A stretch of 64,000 bases of DNA, taken from Candidatus Sericytochromatia bacterium (GTDB lineage Bacteria > Cyanobacteriota > Sericytochromatia > S15B-MN24 > JAQBPE01). The translations under genes and the position numbers were made by a program. The notes beneath the pieces were generated by a model. That model made no database searches. It had not been told where the DNA came from and saw only the letters and a program-made list of their open reading frames with translations. Each line of letters begins with the position of its first letter. Position 1 is the stretch's first letter. The stretch covers positions 3,228 through 67,227 of the forward strand of contig JAKFEW010000043.1 of the NCBI GenBank assembly GCA_036675505.1, read 5' to 3'. This document shows, piece by piece, positions 32,321 to 40,269 of this stretch.

Positions 32321-33463
32321 TCACTCAGGGACATCGACCGCGTACTGTCCCCCGCGGTACGCGCCCATCACGGTGCGATCGTCCAACCAGCACCGGATGT
32401 AGCCGAAAGAGTCCAGGGTCTTCGTTTCGCCCGTTTCGAGGGAAATGACGATGTTGGACCGCCTCGCGTACGCCACGATCCGCCGCCCGTCGGGCGACAG
32501 TGCATCGAGCCCGAGATTGACGACCTGCGTGCTACCTGAAAGCTGAATCACCTTCCGCTCGGGTGCACGGCCGCTCACGGGGAACCGCTGCAGGGCGAGA
32601 CCGTTGCTGAAAGGTTCGGGACCGATGACGAGGAGACTTTGGCCGTCGGCCGCCCAATCGATCGCCCACAAAGGTCTCGCGCCGACGATGGTCGCGGCTT
32701 TCGTCGTGAGGTCGAGCACCTTGGTGGTCCCCTCACGGCCTTGATCAGGGTCCAGCTCGACCACCATCAAGCGGGCGCCATCGGGAGAAACTGCGAACTG
32801 CTCGACCGCCTCGGCCTTCATGACGACCTCTTGCCGACCGGTTTCCAGATCCAGGCGGCGAATCGCCCCGTAGTAGGCCAAGTTCCTCCCATCGCTCTTC
32901 GAGAAGAAGACCTCGTTTCGGGTGGGTGACGCCTGGAAGCGAACCGGCCGCTCGACCCGCAGGACCTCATGCGGGCCGCCCCCGTCAACCGGCAGGCGCA
33001 TCAGCCGGTACGCCTGCACCCCCCTTGGAAGATCCCAATCGCTGAATTCACCGGGCGCTTCACGAGCGACCGCCTCGAGGTACAGCAGCGCATGGCCGTC
33101 CCCCGCCCATTGCAGCTCACCTGGGTCATGGGGAATGACGCCGACCTTCCTGGCGTCCGCTCCGAGGGTCGCAACGAAGACCTCGCTCTGGTACTTTCCC
33201 TCCTCCGAATATGCGACGCGACGCCGATCCCGCGAGAGCGCGAAGTGTCGCATGGACTGCGGCAGGAGCGGCTCGATCAGCCGGCTGTTTATCGGAGCCG
33301 GCTCGTCATAGAGGTGGCTGTATGCCCCGGCCGGTGGCTTCGTGTCGTTTCCACCCGCGGGCTGCAACGGGCTTGCGTCGCCTCCGGCGGCCGGCGGCGC
33401 GCTACCGAGCGAACAGCCAACGAGTAAGAGCGCGACGCCCGGAGGCATGAAACGGCGTATCAT
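32321..33463 (-). CDS. PD40/TolB-like beta-propeller lipoprotein, paralogue B
   Basis: It has a lipobox (LLLVGC) and the RBS GAGGGGAGTCG-ATG. It is collinear with paralogue A: LSRDRRRVAYS matches VSPDRRQVAFS, QWAGDGHALLYLE matches QWQGDGQTLVYVE, APGEFSDWDLP matches FPGEFIDLGVP, and CWLDDRTV matches GWLDDERI. Confidence 0.75.
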   Translation of the reverse strand: MIRRFMPPGVALLLVGCSLGSAPPAAGGDASPLQPAGGNDTKPPAGAYSHLYDEPAPINSRLIEPLLPQSMRHFALSRDRRRVAYSEEGKYQSEVFVATLGADARKVGVIPHDPGELQWAGDGHALLYLEAVAREAPGEFSDWDLPRGVQAYRLMRLPVDGGGPHEVLRVERPVRFQASPTRNEVFFSKSDGRNLAYYGAIRRLDLETGRQEVVMKAEAVEQFAVSPDGARLMVVELDPDQGREGTTKVLDLTTKAATIVGARPLWAIDWAADGQSLLVIGPEPFSNGLALQRFPVSGRAPERKVIQLSGSTQVVNLGLDALSPDGRRIVAYARRSNIVISLETGETKTLDSFGYIRCWLDDRTVMGAYRGGQYAVDVPE

Positions 33464-33510
33464 CGACTCCCCTCAGCTTCCCGACGTCTCGTGGTGTCGA
33501 AAGAAACTCA

Positions 33511-34647
33511 TCAGCGGCCTCCTGCTGCGTCGGCGATGAAGTAGCGGTTACCGCCCTTCTCGTTGTTGGACAAGACGAACCGGCTCGTACGCCCCAGCCA
33601 GGTCACGAAGGTGGACGGCGGGGCCACATCCCGGACCTGCCCCGACGCCGTATCGACGCCGATGAGGCTCGTGCTTCGCTCCGGTATGCCGCCTTCGCCG
33701 CCGATCTTGAGCGCGACGACGAAGCGCCCGTCGAGGGACGCGCGGTAGCAATCGACGTACCTGCGGGCATCCGCGGGGTCTGCAACGCTGAGCGATCGAT
33801 CGGCCACCAATTGCCCCGTCAGGTCGAAGGTGGTGATGCCGAAGTGTTGCCCGTCGCGATTCTGGATCATCTGGATGCCGTCGCCCGGCGGGGTCCAGGC
33901 GATCTTCTCCTCCTCCGGCCAGCAACTGATTTCCACGCCCATCCGGTTCATGTGGACGCCGGCGTCGAAGCGCCGGACTTCCGTGGTGGCGATCGTCACG
34001 ACCGCGATGCGCTGCCCGCCGCCTTCGTCGAACGAGAGGTAGGCGATCCGCGTGCCATCTGGCGACCACGCGAGGCTCCGCCAGGCGACGTTGGTCGCCA
34101 AGGACGTCTCGGCCTGGCCGGCAATGTCATAGAGGAAAAGACCGGCGTCCCGCAAGAACGCCAGGTAGCGGCCGTCCGGAGAGGGCTCGACGCGCCCCAC
34201 CGGCCCCGCGGAAACAGGCGGCGTGGTGATCGCCCCGGTCTCGAGATCGACCATCTGGATTCGGTTCTCCGGGTAAGGCGGCGGGGGCGGCCGCTTCGGC
34301 TCCCCCGGTTCCGTGATGGGTGGCAGGCGGGACGGGAAAAACGTGAGGGCCTTGCCGTCGCCCGTCCAGCCGATGCTGGAGATGGGACCCTCGGAATCGG
34401 CCAGCTTGCGCGGTTGCAGCGTCGCGACGTCCACCACGAAGAGGCCCGCGGGCTCGGCGTAGGCCAGCCGGGTCCCGTCGGGGGACGACACCACCTGGTA
34501 GGTGAGATGCGGCATGAAGGGCAACGCGACGAGTCCGGGGTGGCCGAAGAGGGCCGTGAGTGGGTTCACGCACCCTGCCAGGACCACCGCCCCGAGCAGG
34601 AACGGCAGCTTGAGCGAGGGCGCCGGCGCGGAACGCTTCGTCGGCAT
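33511..34647 (-). CDS. PD40/TolB-like beta-propeller lipoprotein, paralogue C
   Basis: ORF 33511..35658 was trimmed to ATG 34647 (AAGGAG upstream; the upstream gene stops at 34659). It has a lipobox (VVLAGC). Blades include SSPDGTRLAYA, PSPDGRYLAFL and WSPDGTRIAYL. Confidence 0.75.
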   Translation of the reverse strand: MPTKRSAPAPSLKLPFLLGAVVLAGCVNPLTALFGHPGLVALPFMPHLTYQVVSSPDGTRLAYAEPAGLFVVDVATLQPRKLADSEGPISSIGWTGDGKALTFFPSRLPPITEPGEPKRPPPPPYPENRIQMVDLETGAITTPPVSAGPVGRVEPSPDGRYLAFLRDAGLFLYDIAGQAETSLATNVAWRSLAWSPDGTRIAYLSFDEGGGQRIAVVTIATTEVRRFDAGVHMNRMGVEISCWPEEEKIAWTPPGDGIQMIQNRDGQHFGITTFDLTGQLVADRSLSVADPADARRYVDCYRASLDGRFVVALKIGGEGGIPERSTSLIGVDTASGQVRDVAPPSTFVTWLGRTSRFVLSNNEKGGNRYFIADAAGGR

Positions 34648-34658
34648 ACGGGCTCCTT

Positions 34659-35585
34659 TCACGGCGTAACGGGACCGGGATCGAGGAGGACGGGGCGCCG
34701 TCCCTGGTAGAAGCCACTCAGGAACAAGATCCGGCGCTCGTCGCTCCACCCGATGGCCTCCAAGTCCTCGCGGGCTTCGAGCACGTGGCGGGTCGCCCCG
34801 TCGAACACGAAGTGCTGGCGCGGCCCTGTGGGCAAGCCCTTCACGGCGTCGCTCGCGTGGCGAGAAACGAGAATCCGCCGGCCGTTGCGCGACAGCAGGG
34901 GCCGGGCGTAACTGTAACGGATCCCCGCGGGCGGACTGTCCAGCTCGTATTGGGCGGTATCGAGCACCTGCCCATCGGCGCCGAAGCGGGTGACCTTCAG
35001 GAAGTCGCCGACGACGACCTCGGCGACCCGGAGGACCGCCGCGTCCTCCCAGGCCATGGCCGTGTACCGGCCCGAGTAGGTGAGCTCGGACGCCGGTCCC
35101 GGCTGCCATTGGGGCGCCACTGCCATCACGATGGCCACCGGCCCCTCCCCGTAGTCGGACCGGGCAATGGCGAGCGCCACGCGGCTGCCGTCCGGCGATG
35201 GGAAGAACGACAGCAGCGGCACGGCGTAAAGCACCTGCCGGGTAGTGCCGGTCGCGAGCATGTGCTGCTGGATGGTCGCGCCGTCGTACATGCCATCCGC
35301 GCGCGGGACCATGTCGAGGTAGAAGAGAGAGGTGGCATCGGCGGACCAGGTCACCAGGCCGTCGCTGGGGCCGGTCGAGGCGACCTTCCGGGTAAGCCCG
35401 TCCACGTCCGCGACGACCACCCAGCCGTAGCGACCGCCGGGCGTCAGGGCCATCGTGCCGCAGTCCGACGTCGGTCCGATCGCCGGCGCGAACCGCCGCA
35501 TGAACGTGATGCGTCCATCCACGACGTCGGATTCGCCGACCAGGACGGCGCCCGGAACCCTGCCGCCCTCGAGCTGCCCGGGCAT
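34659..35585 (-). CDS. PD40-like beta-propeller protein, paralogue D (no signal peptide in the intact ORF; the 5' end may be disrupted)
   Basis: The 308-aa ORF has blades PSPDGSRVALA and LSRNGRRILVS. It sits on the same strand immediately upstream of paralogue C. Confidence 0.6.
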   Translation of the reverse strand: MPGQLEGGRVPGAVLVGESDVVDGRITFMRRFAPAIGPTSDCGTMALTPGGRYGWVVVADVDGLTRKVASTGPSDGLVTWSADATSLFYLDMVPRADGMYDGATIQQHMLATGTTRQVLYAVPLLSFFPSPDGSRVALAIARSDYGEGPVAIVMAVAPQWQPGPASELTYSGRYTAMAWEDAAVLRVAEVVVGDFLKVTRFGADGQVLDTAQYELDSPPAGIRYSYARPLLSRNGRRILVSRHASDAVKGLPTGPRQHFVFDGATRHVLEAREDLEAIGWSDERRILFLSGFYQGRRPVLLDPGPVTP

Positions 35586-35735
35586 CCAGGTCTATCCGGC
35601 GCCTTGTAGCCAGATCGAGACGCGACGATAGTGAGTGAAGCCGCTGCCTTGGCACCATGGCCGGCGCCGGCCTTGTAAGTCTGTCCCTCGTCCCGCATGT
35701 TCACTGGATCTCCAGGTCGGTTGTGATCGTCACCC

Positions 35736-35909
35736 TCAAACACCATCCACGGTCCGTGCCCCTCGGCGCTGAAGCCTTTGCCCGCGCCGAGGAACCGTGG
35801 CCGCGCCACTGGTCGTCGGGCCTGGCGCGCCGGGCGATGGCGCAGGCATCGCCACGCAACCCGCGAGGAGCGCAGCCACGACGATGGCGGAAGTCGGGGT
35901 GGTCTTCAA
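35736..35909 (-). pseudogene. Orphan lipoprotein signal-peptide mini-ORF, possibly the displaced 5' end of paralogue D
   Basis: A TTG start at 35909 lies 9 nt after GAGGAG. It encodes (M)KTTPTSAIVVAALLAGCVAMPAPSPGAPGPTTSGAA..., a textbook lipobox, then stops at 35736. It is in the same frame as ORF 34659..35585 but is separated from it by three in-frame stops. A different frame (ORF 35444..35809) is open across the gap. Confidence 0.4.
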
Positions 35910-36013
35910 GGAACGTGCTCCTCATCGCGCGGATTGAGCTCGATCACGTAGGCGCCGCTTCCGAAGCGGTCATCCCATCATCGTCCAACCAGGACGGACA
36001 AGCAAGCCATTTG

Positions 36014-36039
36014 GCCGTATTTTCGCCGTATTTTCGCCG
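36014..36039. repeat. Tandem 11-bp direct repeat (GCCGTATTTTC x2 plus partial GCCG)
   Basis: It was read directly in the divergent intergenic region between 35909 (minus-strand gene) and 36249 (plus-strand gene). The 11-bp phasing is typical of OmpR/PhoB-type response-regulator sites; that link is inference. Confidence 0.7.
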
Positions 36040-36248
36040 CCCCATTCACCACGTCGCCGAACAACCGCTTGCCAAACAGCCAATTCAACAGATATAACCG
36101 CATGGGAGTCCCGCGGGCCGGAACCGCTCACGCGCCCCGCCGAACGCCTTGATGGTGAGTGACTGGCGGATCGACACAGCGAGCTCGGCAATCCATCGGC
36201 AAACCGGAAAGCATCCCAGTCCCGTCCCCCCCGAGAAGGAATTCGCCG

Positions 36249-37394
36249 ATGCGCCGTCCCCCCCTGTGCCTGGTCCTCGCCGCCGCCCTGCTGGGTTGCA
36301 CCACCAATCCGGCGCTGACGGCCGGCATCCCCGCCGCGAGCGAGCCTGCCGTTCTGGCGCGGGGGGCGATCTCGAACTCCGGCGATCCCGTCGACCTCGC
36401 GATCGACGGCGGCGCCTACTTCGTGCTCGCGCGCGCCACGCCGCCCCGCAACCTGGATGACCTGGTCTTCGCCCGCGAGGGCGATTTCCACTTCGAGTTC
36501 AGGCCAGGCCCGCTCCCGCAAACAGGGGCCTACCACCTGGTGAATCCTGACGGCCTCGCGGTGATGGGCTGGCGGTCGACCGTCGACGTGAATGTCCGCC
36601 CCTTCGGCACGTCACCGGAAGAAGCCAGCGGTACGGACCTGTCGGCGTTTCGAACCGTCGTCACCAACGGCCAGCAGCCACCGCTGAGTCTCGACCTCGT
36701 GCCCCTGGAGCTGGACCACGAGCGCAACCCGGACGCGTTCGCCAACGTGGCATTCGATGCCCGCGGCATGGTGCGTGTCAAGGGCGGCGCACCGCGGGAT
36801 CGCGATGGTCGCGACGTGAACATGCACGTCGCCCTGGCCAAGGTCGACACGCCCGGTGCGCTGCGCCACCAGGGCGGCGGCTACCTGGCCTGGACGCCGG
36901 CCGCCGGCAAGATCGCCGCCGGCACCGCTGCAAACAGCGGGCCCGGCCATGAAATCGGTAAATACAACACCCTGCGCGCGGGCGCCCTGGAGCGCTTGCC
37001 GCTCCTCACGCCGTCGCGCTACGACCGGGACCGCTATCCCGATGCGCTCGACCCGAACGTCGTTCTGCCGAACGGCGAGGCCACCATCAAAGGGGCGCTG
37101 GTGACCGCCATTCGACCTTCCGGCGCCGGTGAATCGGCCACTTTCGCGGTGCACCTGGTCGCGCTCAAGGACGGCGATGCCACCGATCAACGCTGGGTGG
37201 TGACCTGGGAGCGTAGCACCCGCCCGATCCAGCGCCGGGGTGACGTCCTGCGTCCCGTCGTCACCGGGGGCCTCGCCAGAGGCGCCATCGTGGACGTGTG
37301 GACCGACCCATCGAACAAGGTGCTCGCGATAGTTCTCGACCGGGAAGACCGGCCGGACAACGGGATGGGCGCCTACTCAACCGGCTGGCTCTAG
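36249..37394 (+). CDS. Lipoprotein with a flagellar hook/rod (FlgE/FlgF/FlgG)-like core plus an unknown C-terminal domain
   Basis: ORF 36159..37394 was trimmed to ATG 36249. It has a lipobox (LLGC). ISNSGDPVDLAIDGGAYFVL...VFAREGDFHFE...GAYHLVNPDGLAVMGW and VALAKVDTPGALRHQGGGYLAWTPAAG...NTLRAGALE parallel the conserved FlgG/FlgE core blocks. The N- and C-terminal polymerisation helices are absent. Confidence 0.6.
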   Translation: MRRPPLCLVLAAALLGCTTNPALTAGIPAASEPAVLARGAISNSGDPVDLAIDGGAYFVLARATPPRNLDDLVFAREGDFHFEFRPGPLPQTGAYHLVNPDGLAVMGWRSTVDVNVRPFGTSPEEASGTDLSAFRTVVTNGQQPPLSLDLVPLELDHERNPDAFANVAFDARGMVRVKGGAPRDRDGRDVNMHVALAKVDTPGALRHQGGGYLAWTPAAGKIAAGTAANSGPGHEIGKYNTLRAGALERLPLLTPSRYDRDRYPDALDPNVVLPNGEATIKGALVTAIRPSGAGESATFAVHLVALKDGDATDQRWVVTWERSTRPIQRRGDVLRPVVTGGLARGAIVDVWTDPSNKVLAIVLDREDRPDNGMGAYSTGWL

Positions 37395-37427
37395 CTCGGT
37401 AACGCGTGGGGACGGCGCCCCCGACCA

Positions 37428-38825
37428 CTACACACCCGACGCCATTGCCATCGGGGCCCTGACCGGCAGCGTGAACCAGAAGGTGCTGCCGCGGCCCACC
37501 TCGCTCTCGACGCCGATCCGCCCGCCCTGGGCCTCGACCAGCGTCCGGCAGATCGCGAGCCCGAGCCCCGCGCCGCCGAGCGCCTGGGTGGCGCTGCGCT
37601 CCACGCGGTAGTACTTCTCGAACAGGTGCGGGAGGTGCTCGCTGGGGATGCCGACGCCGTCGTCGCGCACCTCGACGCGAATCTCACAGCCCGCGGTCAG
37701 GACGCCGACGTGCACCCGGCCGCCCGCCGGCGTGTACTTGAGCGCGTTGTCCACCAGGTTCGTGACCACCTGGCCGACGCGCACAGGATCCGCCTGGGTC
37801 AGGGTCGGGGCCGCCGGCGCATCGAGCTCGAGCGCCACGTCCTTGCGGCGGGCCTGGGAGAGCAGGCTCTCGACCTCGCCCCGCACGATCGCGCCGACGT
37901 CGACGGTCTGGACCGCGAGGGCGAAGGCGCCGGCCTCGAGGCAGGTGAAATCCAGCATGTCGTCGACCAGGCGGCACATGCGCCGGGCACCCTTCTGGAT
38001 CTGCGCGACGTGCCGGGCCTGGTCCGCGTCGAGCGGCCCGCTCACGTCCTCCGACAGGAACTCGGCGTGGCCGAGCACGGCGGTGAGGGGCGTGCGCAGC
38101 TCATGGCTCGCCGCGCTCAGGAACTCGAGCTGGATCCGATCGCGCTCCACCTGCGTGTGGCGCAGCGCCTGCTCGGTCTCGAGCAACACCTGGTTCTGGC
38201 GTTCCAGCTGCCGCGTGGTACGCAGCAGCACGAACATCACCATGCCGATCCCGACGCCGACCTCCAACAGCGCGGCGCCCCCGTAGCCGAACCACAGGAA
38301 GTTCGTGCCCGAGAAGATCGGGTAGGTGAGCAGCCAGAGCCCATGCATCACGACCGGCGCGCCGACCCAGCCCATGCCCTCGTACTCGGGCGTGCGACCG
38401 ACGCGAATCATGGTCGCGCCGAGCCAGACGTAGGTCACCATGATCGTCAGCGGGCCAGGCGTCATCGCGGCGGTGTAGCCGGCGCCCGCGAGCCACAGGC
38501 CCAGGCCGGTCCCCGCCGCCACCGCGAGCGCCGCGCCGATGCGGACGCGGGGGAACGGACGCCCGAGGAGCTCGTAGCCGACCCGCCAGGCGTACCACGT
38601 ATAGGGGACCAGCGCCGTGTAGACGCCGGCGATCATCCAGATCGTGGGCGGCGCGATGCTCTCGGTCGCCACGATGGTGGTGGCGACGGTCGCCCAGGCG
38701 TAGCTCACGACCCACCAGCGGAAGAACCGGCTCGGACGGAGCCGGTGGGTGAGCACGGAAAGCCCCACCAACAGGAGCGATCCGATGATGTTGAACAGCG
38801 TCGCGAATTGCAGCAGCGTCGGCAC
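37428..38825 (-). CDS. Sensor histidine kinase with a polytopic (about 6-7 TM) N-terminal sensor
   Basis: The GTG start at 38825 has GAGG upstream. The first roughly 200 aa are hydrophobic. It has the H-box SHELRTPL, the N-box VVTNLVDNALKYT, DDGVGI and GGAGLGLAI. Confidence 0.85.
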   Translation of the reverse strand: MPTLLQFATLFNIIGSLLLVGLSVLTHRLRPSRFFRWWVVSYAWATVATTIVATESIAPPTIWMIAGVYTALVPYTWYAWRVGYELLGRPFPRVRIGAALAVAAGTGLGLWLAGAGYTAAMTPGPLTIMVTYVWLGATMIRVGRTPEYEGMGWVGAPVVMHGLWLLTYPIFSGTNFLWFGYGGAALLEVGVGIGMVMFVLLRTTRQLERQNQVLLETEQALRHTQVERDRIQLEFLSAASHELRTPLTAVLGHAEFLSEDVSGPLDADQARHVAQIQKGARRMCRLVDDMLDFTCLEAGAFALAVQTVDVGAIVRGEVESLLSQARRKDVALELDAPAAPTLTQADPVRVGQVVTNLVDNALKYTPAGGRVHVGVLTAGCEIRVEVRDDGVGIPSEHLPHLFEKYYRVERSATQALGGAGLGLAICRTLVEAQGGRIGVESEVGRGSTFWFTLPVRAPMAMASGV

Positions 38826-38951
38826 AGGGCCTCATGACATCATGCCCGGACCGGCCAGGCAACCAGCGTTCGCGAAGGTCCGGTGATCCGCGAGATCGCG
38901 CGCTGCGAGACGCGGTGTACACGGTCATCGCGCGTATGTGAAGATGACGGC

Positions 38952-39632
38952 ATGACCGATCCCGCGGCGCATGATGAGGCTCCGGCTCCCTCGGCAGGGA
39001 CGGCGACCGACGCCGTGCGGGCCGGCTACGACGCGGTGGCGGATCGCTACGACGGCCTGGTCCGACCCCTGGAGCGCTGTTTCCTCGCCCGCTGCCGGCG
39101 GCGCCTGCTCGCGGACGCCCGCGGCCGGGTGCTCGACGTGGGCGTGGGCACGGGCCTGAACTTCCCGTACTACCCGGCGGACGCCGAGGTCACGGCGATC
39201 GACCTCAGCTCCGGGATGTTGGCGATCGCCCGGCGCCGGGCCGAGGGGCTCGGGCGGGCGGTCGACTTGCGGGTCATGGACGTGCAGGCCCTGGCATTCC
39301 CGGACGCGTCGTTCGACGCCGTGGCGAGCGCGCTGGTCTTCTGCGCGGTGCCCGATCCCGCCCGCGGGCTGGCGGAGGTCCTGCGCGTGTGCAGGCCAGG
39401 CGGACGCATCCTGATGCTGGAGCACGTGCGCAGCTGCCGCAGGTGCCTCGGCTGGTTCATGGACCTCGCCAACCCGCTCACGGTTGCGCTTTTCAACGAG
39501 CACATCAACCGCGACACCGGCGCAGCGCTGCGGGCCGCCGGCGCCGAGGCCGTGACCGAAGAGCCCGTCTTCCTGGACGTCTTCCGGCTGATCCGGGCAC
39601 AGCGGCCCGAACGACCTCAGCCGCGCGGCTGA
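38952..39632 (+). CDS. Class I SAM-dependent methyltransferase
   Basis: ORF 38883..39632 was trimmed to ATG 38952. Motif I reads VLDVGVGTGLN, the post-I motif reads AIDLSSGML, and RPGGRILMLEH is also present. Confidence 0.85.
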   Translation: MTDPAAHDEAPAPSAGTATDAVRAGYDAVADRYDGLVRPLERCFLARCRRRLLADARGRVLDVGVGTGLNFPYYPADAEVTAIDLSSGMLAIARRRAEGLGRAVDLRVMDVQALAFPDASFDAVASALVFCAVPDPARGLAEVLRVCRPGGRILMLEHVRSCRRCLGWFMDLANPLTVALFNEHINRDTGAALRAAGAEAVTEEPVFLDVFRLIRAQRPERPQPRG

Positions 39633-39704
39633 TTCGCGAGCTGAAACAGCCGCCTCGCGACCAGGACGTTCCGGAGGAGCAGGCACAAGACCGAGCCGAG
39701 CGAT

Positions 39705-40121
39705 CTAAAGTATGTGATAGTCCGGCTGGAGCCCGCCACTGGGCGGGGCGTCCGTGTCGAGCCAGCGCCGCAGGAGCGCCACCTCCGCCTTCGTCAGGCG
39801 GGGCCGGCCGTGGTTCGTCGCCACGACCCCGAGGATGAGTTCGCGCTCGGCGCGCACGGCCGCGAGATCGATCAGGCCGGCGTCGTCGAAGAGCAGGAAG
39901 TCGCGCGCGCCCTTCTCGCCGGGCGCGTGGCAGCCGCCACACGAGCGCACGAGCAGGGACGCGGCGTTGGTGGCCGAGGCGGCCGGCGTGGCCGAGGCCG
40001 CCGGCGACGGTCGCACAGCCGCGCGGGCAGCGTGCGCGCCCGCTGGCGGCCCGCCGCAGGCGAGGAACATGATGGCGGCCCCGCAAGCGAGCCAGCGCCA
40101 GCAGGCGCGCGCGATCGGCAC
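39705..40121 (-). CDS. Small lipoprotein with one CXXCH haem-c motif (PSCyt1-like cytochrome domain)
   Basis: The GTG start at 40121 follows GGAAGGAGAG. The signal and lipobox read WLACGAAIMFLAC. It has SCGGCHAPGEK...LLRRWLDTDAP. Confidence 0.6.
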   Translation of the reverse strand: MPIARACWRWLACGAAIMFLACGGPPAGAHAARAAVRPSPAASATPAASATNAASLLVRSCGGCHAPGEKGARDFLLFDDAGLIDLAAVRAERELILGVVATNHGRPRLTKAEVALLRRWLDTDAPPSGGLQPDYHIL

Positions 40122-40269
40122 GGCAACTCTCCTTCCTGGAAGCCCTCTCCCCGCATGGTACGGGCGTGGGCGACCCCCGACACCGGGCGAAGTACGGTTT
40201 TCCGCGCGACCCCGCCCGGCGAGAATCGAGGGGTCCCGGGCGTCGTGGTCGCCCGTCGGAGGTGCGCCC

